Below the pieces are notes generated by a model that ran no database searches, was not told the origin of the DNA, and saw only the letters and a list, made by a program, of their open reading frames with translations. Both the position numbers and the translations under genes were made by a program. DNA of 64,000 nucleotides from Podarcis filfolensis (lineage: Eukaryota): assembly GCA_964270895.1 (NCBI GenBank), contig OZ185435.1. The stretch is one strand, 5' to 3'. Below are positions 13,678-27,200 of this stretch, piece by piece; positions within the stretch are counted from its first letter, which is position 1; each line of letters starts with the position of its first letter.

Positions 13678-14181
13678 CAATGAAGTAGCTCCAGGTGATT
13701 CTCTCAAACAAATGAAGGGGAAGGCCTCAGGAACAAGCTAGCTTGCTAGATGATGTCCCAAGATGACTTAGTCAAAAGTTATTTTGCCTTGGACTTTGAA
13801 TTCATCAGGAACTCCTGACTCTGTTGAGACAGAACCCTGTTACTGATCAAGCTGTTACTAACCTTGAATGCACTTACTCCAATTTCCAAGTGCCCAGGTG
13901 AGTCCACCTTTAAGATTGGGGTGTGAAAGGAGGCACAGCAGTGCCATTTTGTACAGCTCATTGTCTGTGTTCTGTGGCATTTACCCAGTCATATGACCCA
14001 AGTAAATCTGAGACTGGCTAACTTCTACATCCCAGCATCATTAAAATGTGTGTTGCTTTTTCTGCCATGGCAGATTTTTGCTGAAAGAGAAGTACAAGGG
14101 AAGGTTAGATCCTTTCACCCCAAGCACCATTGGTCTTTGTCTTCATTTCTGGAGCATCTAGAGTCCCAGCCTACTCTGAGG

Positions 14182-17100
14182 ATGCTGGTGTTAGTCAACA
14201 AGGATGAGCTTCGAGTACTGAAGAAAGAGCTGAGGAGCTGCTTCCCCGAATCTCTAAAGGTGAGATGGCATCCTCCTCTGCTCTTTGCCAGGCAGATGCA
14301 GAACCTCTGCTTGGGCGATGATTCCAACCCAAAGCTTAATGTGAACACTACCAGGAGCCCAGTCTTTGACAGATACCTCTTCAAGAATCTGAGGGAAGGG
14401 AGTAGTGGTTTCTTTCTTATCCTTTAGAGCTGGAAATGTCAGGGGATCAAGGAACTGTACTCTGGGCACAAGGGCTTTCCAGAAAATGGCAGATAAGGTT
14501 GGGCTGGCAATGTCATGACTCACTGTTGGCTTCATGGATCAACTGACCACTGACAACGTTAATGGCAAGGCTGGCCACAAAACTGACAGGCGACATTTGA
14601 AAGAAACCAGGAACACATCTGAATTCTTTTAATGTTCCTGTTTCTGTTACATCAAGATAGCTGAAATGGCCCTGCCGTGCCTCCTCCCTCTTGTCCCACC
14701 AGGTCCATGGGGCTGTGCTGAACGTGTGCCAGGGAAACACTTTCCATCAGGAGATACTGGTAGATTCCTGGCCCAGCTTCCAAGTGGTCATTGCACGGCT
14801 CCAGAGAGAGGTATTGCTGAGATGGGACACCTAAGAGAGGGATGTTTGTCTTGGTTCTGTGAGTAGCATCAGCAAAGTGCTTGAATTGTGAGGACGAAGA
14901 AAGCACTACCAGTGGGAAGAATCATTTTGCATGTTAGCCTTAACCTCAATTTAGTGCTGATAGCTTGGTAACTTGTACTTATGCTCTCATAGTGTGGGGT
15001 GTGGTGCATTGTTGCTGGGGCAGCAACATGTCTGCCCCATTATTTTTAAAGGGGGGTGATGCACACTTTTACCCAAGGGAGAGTACAGCCACATACAAAG
15101 AGTCATAGTGGGGAAGATAGGATTGGGAGGTGGAGCATTCCTGGTGCAGGAAATTATCTCTTGCCAGGGTGCCAACAACACCCCAACAGGTGCCTAACTC
15201 CTTTGCACAAGTACTTTCCACAGCACACTCATAAATGAGGTACAAGCTGGGGCATATTTTCCTGGCAATGAAATATTGTCAGCTGAATGCTAGGGAAATG
15301 CTGTTCTCTACATCAGATATGCTAGTGGGGGGAGTCATTGAGCCCCCTAAAACAGAAAAACTGCACATATTTTGCATAGTAACACTTAATTAGTTTAAAA
15401 CAAGGGTGGCAAACCCCCAACCCAGAGGCCTGATCGGATCAAAGACCTCCCCGATATTGGGAGCAGGAGCAAAAAGAGGGGAGAAATTTTAAAAATGATG
15501 AGATTGATCATCTGAGGCTGGATGCAAATTGCACCTCCATCATCTGAAGAGGGGCATTTGTCACTGATCAGAGGAGCAATCTGATGTGTGCTTTCTGTGG
15601 TTGCCTATGTCTTGCAGAGGGTTTGCTATGATAAAAATCTTATCCACCTGTTTTAAAGCTTTTTACGCCTGCTCTTTAGATGAAGACTCCTAGGTGGGCT
15701 AGTGTGTGCAAAGGAATGACCTCTTCCCATCTTTCCTGCTTGTATTTGCCTAGAAAGTGCCTTCAGAAAGGAACTATTTTACCCAATCTTGTGCAGTTTT
15801 CTATAAGGACCTAGATGCCTATGAGAAATTGGTGAAAGATTCTGATGCCATTGATTGGAAACAAGAATTCTTACTTCAGGGTAAGACACCTCAACACCCA
15901 AAGTTCTGTGCGTGTGCCAGTGTTACTAATTTAGAATTCTTTAAAAAGGAATATTGTATGCACAAGTTTTAAGAGTGTGTGTGTACTTTTCTAAACTGTT
16001 TCAACATTGGCATATGCATTTAGAGAAGTGTTATTGTCACCTGTTCTGCATCTGTGGAAGAAAATCTTAGTTTTGGTGCTGCTGAAATCCTCTTCACTAG
16101 TCAGAGCAAGGCTTCCTTAAGGTGATCACCATTTTACTTTTCCCATAATAAGAGAGTTGTGGTCTATGCTTCTGCGACTTCTGCCCCTCTCCTCTGAGCA
16201 CCTCAATAATCCCCTCACCATTTTCCACACCCAGGTCTGCAGGATGGTGTGTATCAGACATCTCAAAACCTAGCAGCTGCCAAGCATTTCTCCGCAAAGC
16301 TGGTGACTCGGACCCAGGTTTTTGTTGTGCAGAAACCCTTGAATTTGTCTTCTTCCACACCCACGTATGTCACGCTCTATGACTCAGGGGTTGCAGGTAG
16401 CAAGCAATACAAGGAAGGCAGGAGACATTTGCCAGTGCACTAGTAATATAGAGCATGGTGCCCACTGACTGGAGACCTGTAACAGGGGGAAATATGTGCA
16501 AGAGGAAATAAACTCAAAGCCAAGAGGTGACTCTTATGCTAGGCAGAGTTATCTTTTCAGGAAGAAAGGACAAGGACCTTGGCAGTTGTAACTGCAGAAA
16601 GACTCAATGTTTCTGATTTTTTTCCATAATTCAAATGAGAGATGATCCCTGTTTCTTACCCAGGTATTCTGCACATGCCCAAGGACACAAGCAAGGTGAT
16701 TAGGAACAAGCACAAACAATAGCTGGCTAGTAAGCCAATGTTTGTGTATCTCTGTAAATCATATTTGTAGGCTTTACAAAAGGCAGTTACTTAGTAATGT
16801 TCATCAGGGCCACTGGATAAGTCCTCTGTAAAATGGGAAGGGGAGGGGAGGGCATTCAACTGGGCAGGCAGTGAGGTTAGAATGTAACATCACTGTTGAT
16901 AAATATTACAATAAAGGATTGTGCTTTCATAGGGTTAATATTCCTGAAACATTTCATCTGCAGAGTGGGATCAACTTACCAAAAGCATACCTGTAGTTTA
17001 TAGTACTATGAGTCCACTGGGCTAATAGCAGCTACACAAGGTAATGAGCTCCTCTGTACTAAATCTTTGCCGGTACTAAATCAGGCTTCCTCAAACTCGG

Positions 17101-18070
17101 CCCTCCAGATGCTTTTGCCTACAACTCCCATGATCCCTAGCTAGCAGGACCGGTGGTCAGGGATGATGGGAATTGTAGTCTCAAAACATCTGGAGGGCCA
17201 AGTTTGAGGAAGCCTGTATTAAATATTCAAGATTTAACTCTGTTGCAGCAAGTACAGGAACAAACAACATTAGTGGCATTTAATAAGTCTCATAACAATG
17301 CCACTCATCATTCCCTCTTAATTAATTTTGGAAAAATGTAGCCCAAGTAAGGAAGTCAGCATAAAAACTGGGTCCCTCACTAATAACGGTAGGGAATAAA
17401 TTTAATAAATAATAAACTAGCTAGGGCCTCCCATTCTCCATGACTAGAGATCAAACAAGCACCACCATGTGCTCGTAGATCTAGGAAACCCACAGAGGGC
17501 TCAGTTACACCTGTCATGTTAACCTTCAGGTGGTTGCAGGGCACCCCAGCTCCATCTGCAGACTTCAAGCTTGACACTTGGGTGCTGTAGCTGGCTGGTT
17601 CATCATGCCTTAAGTGTTACTTCTGAAGATAGGCCTTAACCTTTCTTTCATTCTTCAGGTCAGGATCAGAACTGAAACTCTCATCTCTCAACACCACTCA
17701 TGCTGCCCTGCTGAATGAGACCTGGAGTGTAGGTGGCAATGAGCAGAGTCTCTGCTATCTGACTCGGCTAATCGACTGCTTCCCTAGTAGTTGCCTTCTG
17801 GATGCTGGAGGATGTCCTATCTCTTGGGTCCTACTGGATCAATTTGGGTGCCTGACCCATGCTTACACCATGCCAGCACACCGTGGCAAAGGCTACATTC
17901 AGCTGGTGATAGCAGCACTAGGCAGGAAGCTACAAAGCCTCAATTACCCAGTCTATGGTGATGTCCTGGAAAACAACACATCAATGCAGAGAGCCCTACA
18001 ATGCCTTGAAGCCAACTTTACTAGTTGCTTTCTGTCCTATGACCTGCATACACCCATTTCTCTGCTGTGA
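14182..18070 (+). CDS. GLYATL3: Glycine N-acyltransferase-like protein (GLYATL3-like GNAT), 5 coding exons, 284 aa
   Basis: Exons: 14182-14259 (MLVLVNKDELRVLKKELRSCFPESLK), 14703-14810 (VHGAVLNVCQGNTFHQEILVDSWPSF...), 15754-15880 (KVPSERNYFTQSCAVFYKDLDAY...), 16235-16364 (GLQDGVYQTSQNL...), 17659-18070 (...LLNETWSVGGNEQSLCYL...DQFGCLTHAYTMPAHRGKGY...ISLL*). All introns are GT-AG, 855 nt in phase. Motifs SCFPESLK, DSWP, AVFYKD, GGNEQ and HRxKGY resemble GLYATL3 most. Strict orthology versus other GLYAT paralogues is not established. Confidence 0.88.
17082..17216. mobile_element. Palindromic hAT MITE (135 bp)
   Basis: Long TIRs caggcttcctcaaactcggccctccagatg / catctggagggccaagtttgaggaagcctg. 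8-bp TSD tactaaat/tattaaat (one mismatch). Confidence 0.85.
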
Positions 18071-18099
18071 CAGGCTATTCAAAAGCTCTGACAGTAAAA

Positions 18100-18105
18100 A
18101 ATAAA
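18100..18105 (+). terminator. Candidate polyadenylation signal AATAAA of the GLYATL3-like gene
   Basis: AATAAA 30 nt after TGA 18070. Confidence 0.5.
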
Positions 18106-20091
18106 CCAGTGGTAGCAAAAACAGATGGTTTAAATGAAAAAATTCCTATATATATATATTTTAAGTTGTATGAAGTTTCAAGAACTAGGTTCACATTTAA
18201 TAATCTGGACACAAGCACATTGGCCCTACAGTTAACATCTAAGCTGAATCAATACCTTTCCAGCTAAAACCGATTTGATCCAGACCTCAAACAAATAGCC
18301 AGCAGATGAAGGATAGATTTGATTTTCACCGATTCCATCTGTGCTCCCGGAAGAGTTTTATCTGACAGTTGCTGGGCCATCCAGAAGCATACAAACTCCC
18401 AGGCTTCAGAACTGTATCATGATGAATCAAAATGACTGAAGGAAGTCTACTGAGAATTTTTGACAGGTTTGAAGCCTCCAGTTGGCTAACCTAATAGTGC
18501 TGCCCTGACAAAACATTACTGTAGACCTCTTGTAGAGGCTCAGTAAAGTAATCGAAATGATAACATCTGTAAACAGAACCTTAAATGAAGTATTGGGAGA
18601 AGCTATGTGCAATCGCTGCGGATAACCGTTAAGGCATGTGCTATACAATATTTTACTTTAACACCAGAAAATTCCAATTAAAGTATATCACATTTGTAAA
18701 ATGCACACTGGCCTGAGGACCAGTAGATGATACATAGGGCCAGAGTCAACGAACTGGTCCCCCATCAGAAGCCCACACAGGAGTTCTGCTAGCACAATAG
18801 GGCTTTCTCCTTGTGCCATGTGTCCCCTGAAATTGGCTCACAGGGTGGAAGGTGTTGAGAGAACCCCAAGAACAGAATGTGGTGGGAGGAGAGGAGAGAT
18901 TGGTCTGTCTGGCAAGCAGAAAGAGTGACAGAAGAGTGTGAAGCTCAATTCTTCCCATAGTTTCTAGTATTCAACGCAAGAGGGCACTTCCAGCAGTATA
19001 CCACAAGGACTACTGTTGGGAGCCCATTTCTCATGCCTGTTCATCATTGCTGAATGACAGCTTCAAATAACAACTCAAACTTTACTGATACCAAGGAATA
19101 AAATAGCTACATTTGAGCAAGTACAAAGTATTATCTGGGGCATTAAAAAAAAACCCCACAAACCCACCCAACAACCCTGTAATAATGCATTTAGCTGTTC
19201 TAGGAGCCAAGAACAAGAGGTCCTACCTAAGCTTGGGGGAACACACACATTGTCTGGTACAATGTTAATAGTTTACTGGAAAATTGCACAGGCGTGTGTG
19301 TGTACTCTTAGTACTTGTGGGCAATTCTCTGCATCATCTTCACTCCTATCCTCTTTATCCATTTAGACAAGATGTTTCTTATTCCTGATCCAAAAACATC
19401 TGAAGGGCACAACTCCCATCCATCCCAGCTAGCATGACTAATAATCGGTGATGATGTGAGTTGTAGTCCAAAATATCTGGTGGGTACCATATTGATGAAG
19501 GCCAATTTAGGCTCTTAGAAATGTAAGTATCTTACCTATACTACTGGCCCCACCAGCATAGTAGATATGCAGCTGCTTTTGCATTTCATGACATTATGTT
19601 CACCTATGTTCATCACCCTAATTCATATTCATATCACATACTAGTGCAGTTTGATCCATTCATCCTCCAAGAAATGGCGGCCTTGCTCCAATCCACAAAC
19701 CAACCAGCCCCTAAATGCCATCTAGAGTGAGTGTCAGATGAGAGCCAAGAAGAAAAATGTGACTGGAAATGTAACTGCCTTTTATAATTTGCAAATGAGT
19801 GTACAAAATACCCCCATCTAAAAGCTATATCTTTAGGCAGTAGACAAATATGGCAAACCGCCACCTCCGTCCCTCACAAACCTAGCATTTCTTTTTGGAG
19901 ATGGTAATGTAACGTGAGTAGCAGCAACCGTGCTTTTTTTGTGAAATCATGAAAGGTCCAAGAGCGAGTAGCACAGATTGTACAGGAATGAGGACAGGGG
20001 GCTTACCTCACCCTCTTCTGCCTTAGCTGGCTGGTTTGTATGAGAACAAAAGCCTACAGGAGTTATGCCTTCTGGTTACACTGTCTACAAC

Positions 20092-20097
20092 TTTATT
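20092..20097 (-). terminator. Candidate polyadenylation signal AATAAA of MTCH2
   Basis: tttatt on the plus strand, ~1.2 kb after the MTCH2 stop. Confidence 0.45.
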
Positions 20098-21287
20098 AAC
20101 AAAGAATGCTAATAGAGACTTTCCTAATAGCATACTGAGTTAACACGTCACATTCCGCACTGCCAGTGGTTTCACGGTCATGCTTTCAAAGAGCAATTTT
20201 GCTAGGCACAGACACATAAGAACTCTCCTCTTCTAGAACCTCTTATGGCCAATAGACTGCATTTGACACATTTCAATCCTCTTGGAAAAACACTTTCAGA
20301 AGACAGTTGCTTTCTATTCCCCCCCCCCCCAGTTTGTTCAGAACCCCTGAAACAGTAGCAGATGAGATGCAGGGACTTGTTCCTCAGAGTGCCCCAACAT
20401 TTCGTCTGTGGAGGCCCGATTCACAAATTACTGTGACCAGAGAGAGGCCAATTTGGATCACGATATGGGAGCCGTCACTGTGTGGGAGCCTTGTGCACAC
20501 CACCTCTTAATAGCCAGACTCGGTCATTTCCACCACATATCTGACTGCTTGCAGTGGCTTGATTGGGTAAGGGGAGGAATCCTGCCTAATCCACATAGTG
20601 AGCATCTGCCCTAAAACACCCCCCTCCATGCAATGGCAGTGTGGAACCATTTCAAGCAACATTCTCCGTGGTGGCTATCACAAGAGTGTTGCCAAGGAAA
20701 TTTAGAGGCACACTCCAGATCTGACAGCATACATGCTTGATTTGCCCACCACAGCTTCCATAATGCTTAACTCCCTGCACAGCCAAGCAGGGCTAGCAAT
20801 TTGCCAGCAATCTTTTCATGCCTGAATATAACAAAATGTTTGAGGGGGAGAAGGCTAAGAGCTCTACTGTCTGGGGACAGGAGGGGAAAAAATATTGGTC
20901 CACTTTCCCCCAGCAACCCACAGTAGTCCTGGGATGGTACCATCAGAAGGTAGGAGTTGGGGAGAAAGATAGCATTCCCATCAACACAGACACCAGTGAT
21001 CTCTGGAAAAGGAAAAGAACTCTCCACATTCCCAACAGTGTAAGCCGTCTTTTTTTCTTCTTCCTCTGACAGGGGTAGCTTTCCTGTCATCCTTGCCCCT
21101 GCTGCCTTCCACCGATCTGAGAGACAGAAATGAAACTCCCCCCATCACACTTGTCATTAAGTCATGCTCACAGCCAGGTCCATTGCCCAAGATTAATTTG
21201 ATTATTTTTCTTTTTTAAAAAACTGTATAGAAATCAACACACTGCCATCATTCTGTGCATCTGGAGCGGCCGCAAGAGGCCCAGGGC

Positions 21288-24200
21288 TCAGTGAAATCTC
21301 TTCTCTTCCCACACATACCGCTTCCCTGCAGGCACCTTCCGGAAAAACAGGCTGTTCCCTCTGCTCATGTTACCCTGAAAACACGAGGAAAAAGGAGGCA
21401 TGAGAGGGAATGTGAATAGAGATTAAGACTTTGGGGACAGAGGTCCAGCATCTTGCCAGCAACAAATACAGAGGGGTTTTTCCTCCCTAATTGAGGGTCA
21501 AATTCTGTCTGGGGTAATCTGTTTTAATTGGAGTGGGGGCAGAGTCTCTCTTTCTCTCTTCTTTTCTGAAGAAAGAAAGAGCTTGGAGAGGGCTCCCTAT
21601 TTCAAGGCTCTCCCAACCATAAAATTAAGTCCCAAGAGATGAAGCTTGCCCACCCTGGAATATCAACACTTGGTGTGGCAGCAGGAATGCACCCAGAAGA
21701 GGTGAGGGCACCCGAAGCCACACAGTGACATCTTGGTCTGGCATCCTTGCTTGGGAGGCTGGTACACCCAACAGCCGAAACTCCTGGAAGAATTGGAGAG
21801 GGGGACTCTGTATTGCCAATTATTCCTCTCCCACCCACATCAAGGGCAAGATGCTATGGTCCTCTAATGAAAGGGCAGACAAGACAGACATACCTCCCCC
21901 TGTAGCTGGCTCCAGCAGTGTAACCAGGACGAGTAGGCTGGGGCATAAGGAGGGAGGCCACCAGCGAGCCTGAAAAACAGCAAGAGACCAGGGTAATTTA
22001 CCAAAATGGCTCACCAACAATATCCCATGTGCAGAACATCCATTTCTAGCTTCATAGTCACTTGGGAAACAGTAGCCCAGATGCAACTTCTAGACTAGAG
22101 CAATTACTTCGAAGAACATTCAGGCTGAGCTTTTATATTAAAAAAGAGAGAGAGAGAGAGATAGGTCTGAATCAATGAGCAAAGTAAAAGGTCTGTTTCT
22201 TCTAGATAAAAATGCATTTGTACACCAGCAGTTCAGGCTTGCAGCCAGCTTTTTGCTGTGCTGTACAAGGCAAGGCACCCAGACAACCAAAGCCCATCTT
22301 TACTACCATGATGAGTCAGCTCTGGTGTAAAGCAAAGCAAAATTATTTGTCCAGAGGGTGTAAAAAAAAAAAGAGAGAAAGCTCACAAAAGAATGCAAGA
22401 GGTTTATAAAATCTTGAATAATGTAGAGATAAGTGGAGAAAAATATAAACCTTTCTCCCCTTCTCATAGATTTGCACTGCAGTGGGGGAGAGTAAACACA
22501 GTGAAACAAGCTGGCAGGGCATTCAGAACTAACAAACAGAAATGTTTTTTCACATAACTGATACAGAGGCTAATAGAATCCCCATGTTTAGAGGCAGACT
22601 CTATTAATATCATATGCTGGAGACAAATGACAAGGAAGGGTTGTTGCTTTCATGCTCTTCTTGCAAGTTGTCTCTGAGAATATGACTACCTGTTGTTGGG
22701 AACAGAAATAATGACAGGTCTGACTTGCACGTAGCCATAGGTAAAGGTACCCCTGACCGTTAGTTCCAGTTGTGGACGACTCTGGAGTTGCGTGCTCATC
22801 TCCCTCTATAGGCCGAGGGAGCCCGCGTTTGTCCGAACAGCTTCCGGGTCATGTGGCCAGCATGACTAAGCTGCTTCTGGCGAACCAGAGCAGCGCATGG
22901 AAACACCATTTACCTTCCTGCCAGAGCGGTGCCTATTTATCTACTTGCACTTGGCATGCTTTCGAACTGCGAGGTGGGCAGGAGATGGGACCAAACAATG
23001 GGAGCTCACCCCAGCATGGGGATTCGAACTGCCAACCTTCCAATTGGCAAGCCCTAGGCTCTGTGGTTTAGACCATAGCGCCACCTGTGTCCCTGCACGT
23101 AGCCATAGTTAATGCTTAAAAGCATGGTTTAATGCAAGTTTAACCATGGTTTATTGTGAAAGTGCAGTGGGCTCAGAAGTCCTTACTTCACTTCTCCTCA
23201 GCTTCTGTCTGCATGGGGAGCAACAAACCACATGTCTTGGCTTGTTGTGTCTGCTTGCTTCTCTCCAAACCAAGCAATAAGCCCATAACATGCTCATTCA
23301 CATTAACTATGGTTTCATGTGATGCGTGAGCCAGACCTATAATTTAAGTATTTTCTCAAGAGACTCCACAGTTCTCAACATCCTGTCTCCTAGTGGCCAG
23401 AAGGTACATCCCAGTGTCTAACCCAGGCTTCTTCAACCTTGGCCCTCCATATATTTTTGGCCTACAACTCCCATGATCCCTAGCTAGCAGGACCAGTGGT
23501 CAGGAATGATGGGAATTGTAGTCTCAAAAATATCTGGGGGGCCAAGGTTGAGGAAGCTTGGTCTAACCCATCAAACAATGAAAGAATCACAATTTTCTAC
23601 CTCTGTGTGATCAGACTCATTAATAAAATCAACACCCATAAACCATGTACTGTAGTAAGATAAAATGAATAAAAAAAGCTTGACAACCACAGGGAGAAAC
23701 AGGACAGATCCCTTATTTTCTCTTGAGATTGGAAATCTATTGAATAGACCTGTAGTGTCCACATGAATTTAAAAATATTTACTGGATTTGCAGATGACCA
23801 CAAGATTGAAAGCCAGGTTCAAATTTTTAGAAGTCCTTAGCTGCATCTCCAGCCACAACTATTTTGAACATAGGCAGGGCGCAGTGAAGGAGATGGCTCT
23901 TTGACCACTGAACTTTTAAATTAAACCCTTAAGAGCTATTCTAGGAGACTTTCCATGTCAGATGCTTTATTTTCAAGCTCTGTGGGTTGTGGTACCTAAA
24001 CACTGGAAAGCAGCTGCTGAAAATATGAAGAGAACAGATGCGAGATGCAGCACATTGCTAAAACTCTCATTGCTTCATGAAGGAAAGGGACCTGACAAAC
24101 CAAGACTAAAGGAGACTGAACTGCTTGTATTATACATTTGAAAACACACAATCAAAAGCCAAGTTAGAGAAATCAGACTCTGCACTCACCCACAACTATT

Positions 24201-27200
24201 AATGGCCATCAGGTTTGAGACGAGTACAAAGGGGTAAGTCAGCATACTGGCAAAGAACTGCAGATACAATACAGCAAAATACACCAATGAAAAGAGTCCC
24301 TCAGTTTTCCTTCACAAGCCCCACCCAGCTGATGGCCTCTTAATGGCAGAACCTTCTTAGAGCTACAGCAAATCGAACAGTCACCCTGTAGTTGCAGGGA
24401 GTATGCCTTAGGCTAGAGAGAAGGAGCTCCACAGGGCAGTGAAGCGTTATTGCAGTCGCAATTCTGTTTCAGGACAGGAGTTCACAGCAATCATGAAGCA
24501 GATAAAATGAAACGGCTGGTAATTGTTCAGCTTAAGCCGAACAGTAGTTTGAGCCAAGCAACAGCACCTACTTAAGAGCTCAGCACTAGAGATCAGACGG
24601 ATCTCACAAGTATTGAACAGAGATCCTGAGGTGTGAAGCTTGCAAGGCTTCTTGCACAGGACATCACCAGCATCACCCCCAGCTTCAGGATGAAGTGCTC
24701 AAGCCTACACTCACATCCTCAGGACACAACCCACCCCCTCTTCCCACAGGAAAGAGAAATGAACTGTAGACTCACTCCAGTGACAGCCTGAGAATAGCTT
24801 TTCATCTCAGTCATGGTGGAGACCTAGAAAGAAGAGAAACAAAGTAATTGACCCCTGTTCCTCTATTAAGAGTAGTCATTCCCAAATTCATCATAATCCC
24901 TGCACTGGAGCAAAATCTGAAGGAGCTGCCTGAAAGTACTAGATGTAATGGAGGTAGCAACAGGCAACCACATTCAGAGGTTGGGGGCAAAAAAGATATA
25001 CAGTGGTACCTCTGGTTGTGAACGGGATCCGTACAGGAGGTCCAGCCGTATCCCAAAGTTTTCGCAACCGGAGAGACCGCTTCTGCACATGTGCGCGCGG
25101 CGAAACACTTCCAGGTTTGCCATTTTCACAACCCGAAGTTTACATTACCTGAGGTTTACATAACCTAACCCGAGGTTCCACTGTATTGCTCAGGAGGATG
25201 TGCAACAGGACCACAATAGGGACCCTTCAAGCTGACCAAGGCTAGGGGAGGAAACCTTTCACACCTGCCTACCTGAGCTCAGCACTCCATTGTCTACACC
25301 CCATACATCACACTACCTGTAGTCTACTTACCCCATTCTCCAGTGCATAGGTATTGATGAGGTAGGCCAGCATGTTACAGAGCCACAAGGACAGGATGTC
25401 CCCAAGCAGGCGGGGAATAAGGCCCCTGGAAAAGGAAGAAAACCCTGATAAGTGAGGCCACATACTGCCTGGAAAAAACATCTTACATACATATGCATGT
25501 TTCCCTCCAGTGTGTGAGGCAGAAAGTCTGGCTGTATTTCCATGATGGGAGGCTGATCAACTTCAGTGCAAAGCACAATGTTATACATTCTCCCAAGAAA
25601 GATCGCAATCTGCTTAAGAAAATCTGGGCTGAATTAGTCCAAGGTTTCAACTAGTTGAACATTCTGCCTCCCATGAGCTCTGGCCATAATTAGACTCGCC
25701 CTCTGTCCCTCCCTGTTCCCCATGTCCCCCGTGAACCAACAACCATGGCAGGTACAAAAGGAAGTTCACCCCCCCCCCCACACACAAGCAAGTACTCACG
25801 CAAAAAATCCCAAGATGCCCTCTTCCCGGTAAATGGTGACAAAGGAGCTCAGCACCCCACTGAAAATTAAGAAAGAAATTCATTTACTCTCAGAAATCAA
25901 GAAACAAGTGGCTCTTCCTGACCCCCTCCCCGTTTTCAACTTCAACTATGACAGGAAACCTCTGTGCTCACACACTAATTGCTCCCTGGCCTCTTTTTAA
26001 GTTCTCCTATAAAAAAGGCATTGGCCTTGTGGGCTAAAGTCCAAAGGAAGCCGCCTGGTCACAAATATGCACATACCTGTACTTGGTCTCTCTGCCAATG
26101 AACTGCACCATACACCTCAACGTGATCACTGAAGGACAAGGACGGAGGGAAAAGGGAAATGACATCAGCAAGGATCCTCCCCACTCTCCTTCCCCTACTC
26201 AGGCCAACACAGGAACACACTACTTCGCCACTCTCCTAATTGAAGCTTAACTCAGACAGGACAAATATGCCCCTGGTTCGGGAACAGGGGTTCAACCACA
26301 GTTAAATGGAATAGAATGCCCCTTGAAAATTCAGGCTCATGTTAAGGAGCTATGACCTTGGATGCCCAAGTGACAGCTGTGGCCAGAATGCCTTTGCCTA
26401 GCTGACACCAGTGTGCCCACTATGCCCATTCTTGGTCACGACAACACTTGCCTCATACACATCACATTTGGATTACTGCAATGCTCTCTGCATTGGGCTG
26501 CTTTTGAAAGCTACAACTGGCAGAATGCTGCAGCCAGCCTGTTAACAGGGGCTGCGTACAGGGACCACGTGACCCCCTTACTGAAACAGCTGCACTGGCT
26601 TCCAGTGTGTTTTGACTCATTTTGTTAGGCACCTTCAGCTGATTAGGAAAAGCAGAGTATAAATGTCATCAGGAAATAATTACATATCAGATAATTGATC
26701 AAAGCCAGCACTGTGCAAGATGGATACCCGAAGCACAAAAAACAATGACCATGAAGGGACCTGAATGTAACAGGGAAAGGCTGGTGAATGACTTTCTTCT
26801 TTCTTGTTGCCAGGGGGGTAAATGTGTGCTGGCAGTGACCAAAGGGCTACTGGCCCCTACTTACCATGGAAAGGGTGGGTGACTAGCGTAGCAGCAGAAC
26901 GTGCAATCATCTCTTGAGAAGTCTATGACCAAACGGAATGGCAAGAACATCAGCAGAAAGCCAGCCAAGGAAATGGCAAGATTTAAAGTGACAGAATGCT
27001 CCCCATCTGACCAGGTTCCACTAAAGCACCTAATGACTGTCACTTAGTGTGAGTTACAACTCGAAGCATTTGTGTTAAAGAGCTGCACTTTGAGGTTAAA
27101 ACTGAGTTTATAATTGCTCTACCAATCAAAGCTAGTTTCAGCCGAGCCACAGGTTTCAGCTCATTTAGAGACAGTGCTTTGCTCTATTATCACGCTAGGC

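Noticed and set aside
21234-21290. Stop-codon readthrough extension of MTCH2 (17 codons, ALGLLRPLQMHRMMAVC*)
   Set aside because: Readthrough has been reported for mammalian MTCH2, but the context here (TGA GCC) is not a known leaky motif and I see no resemblance to the mammalian extension.
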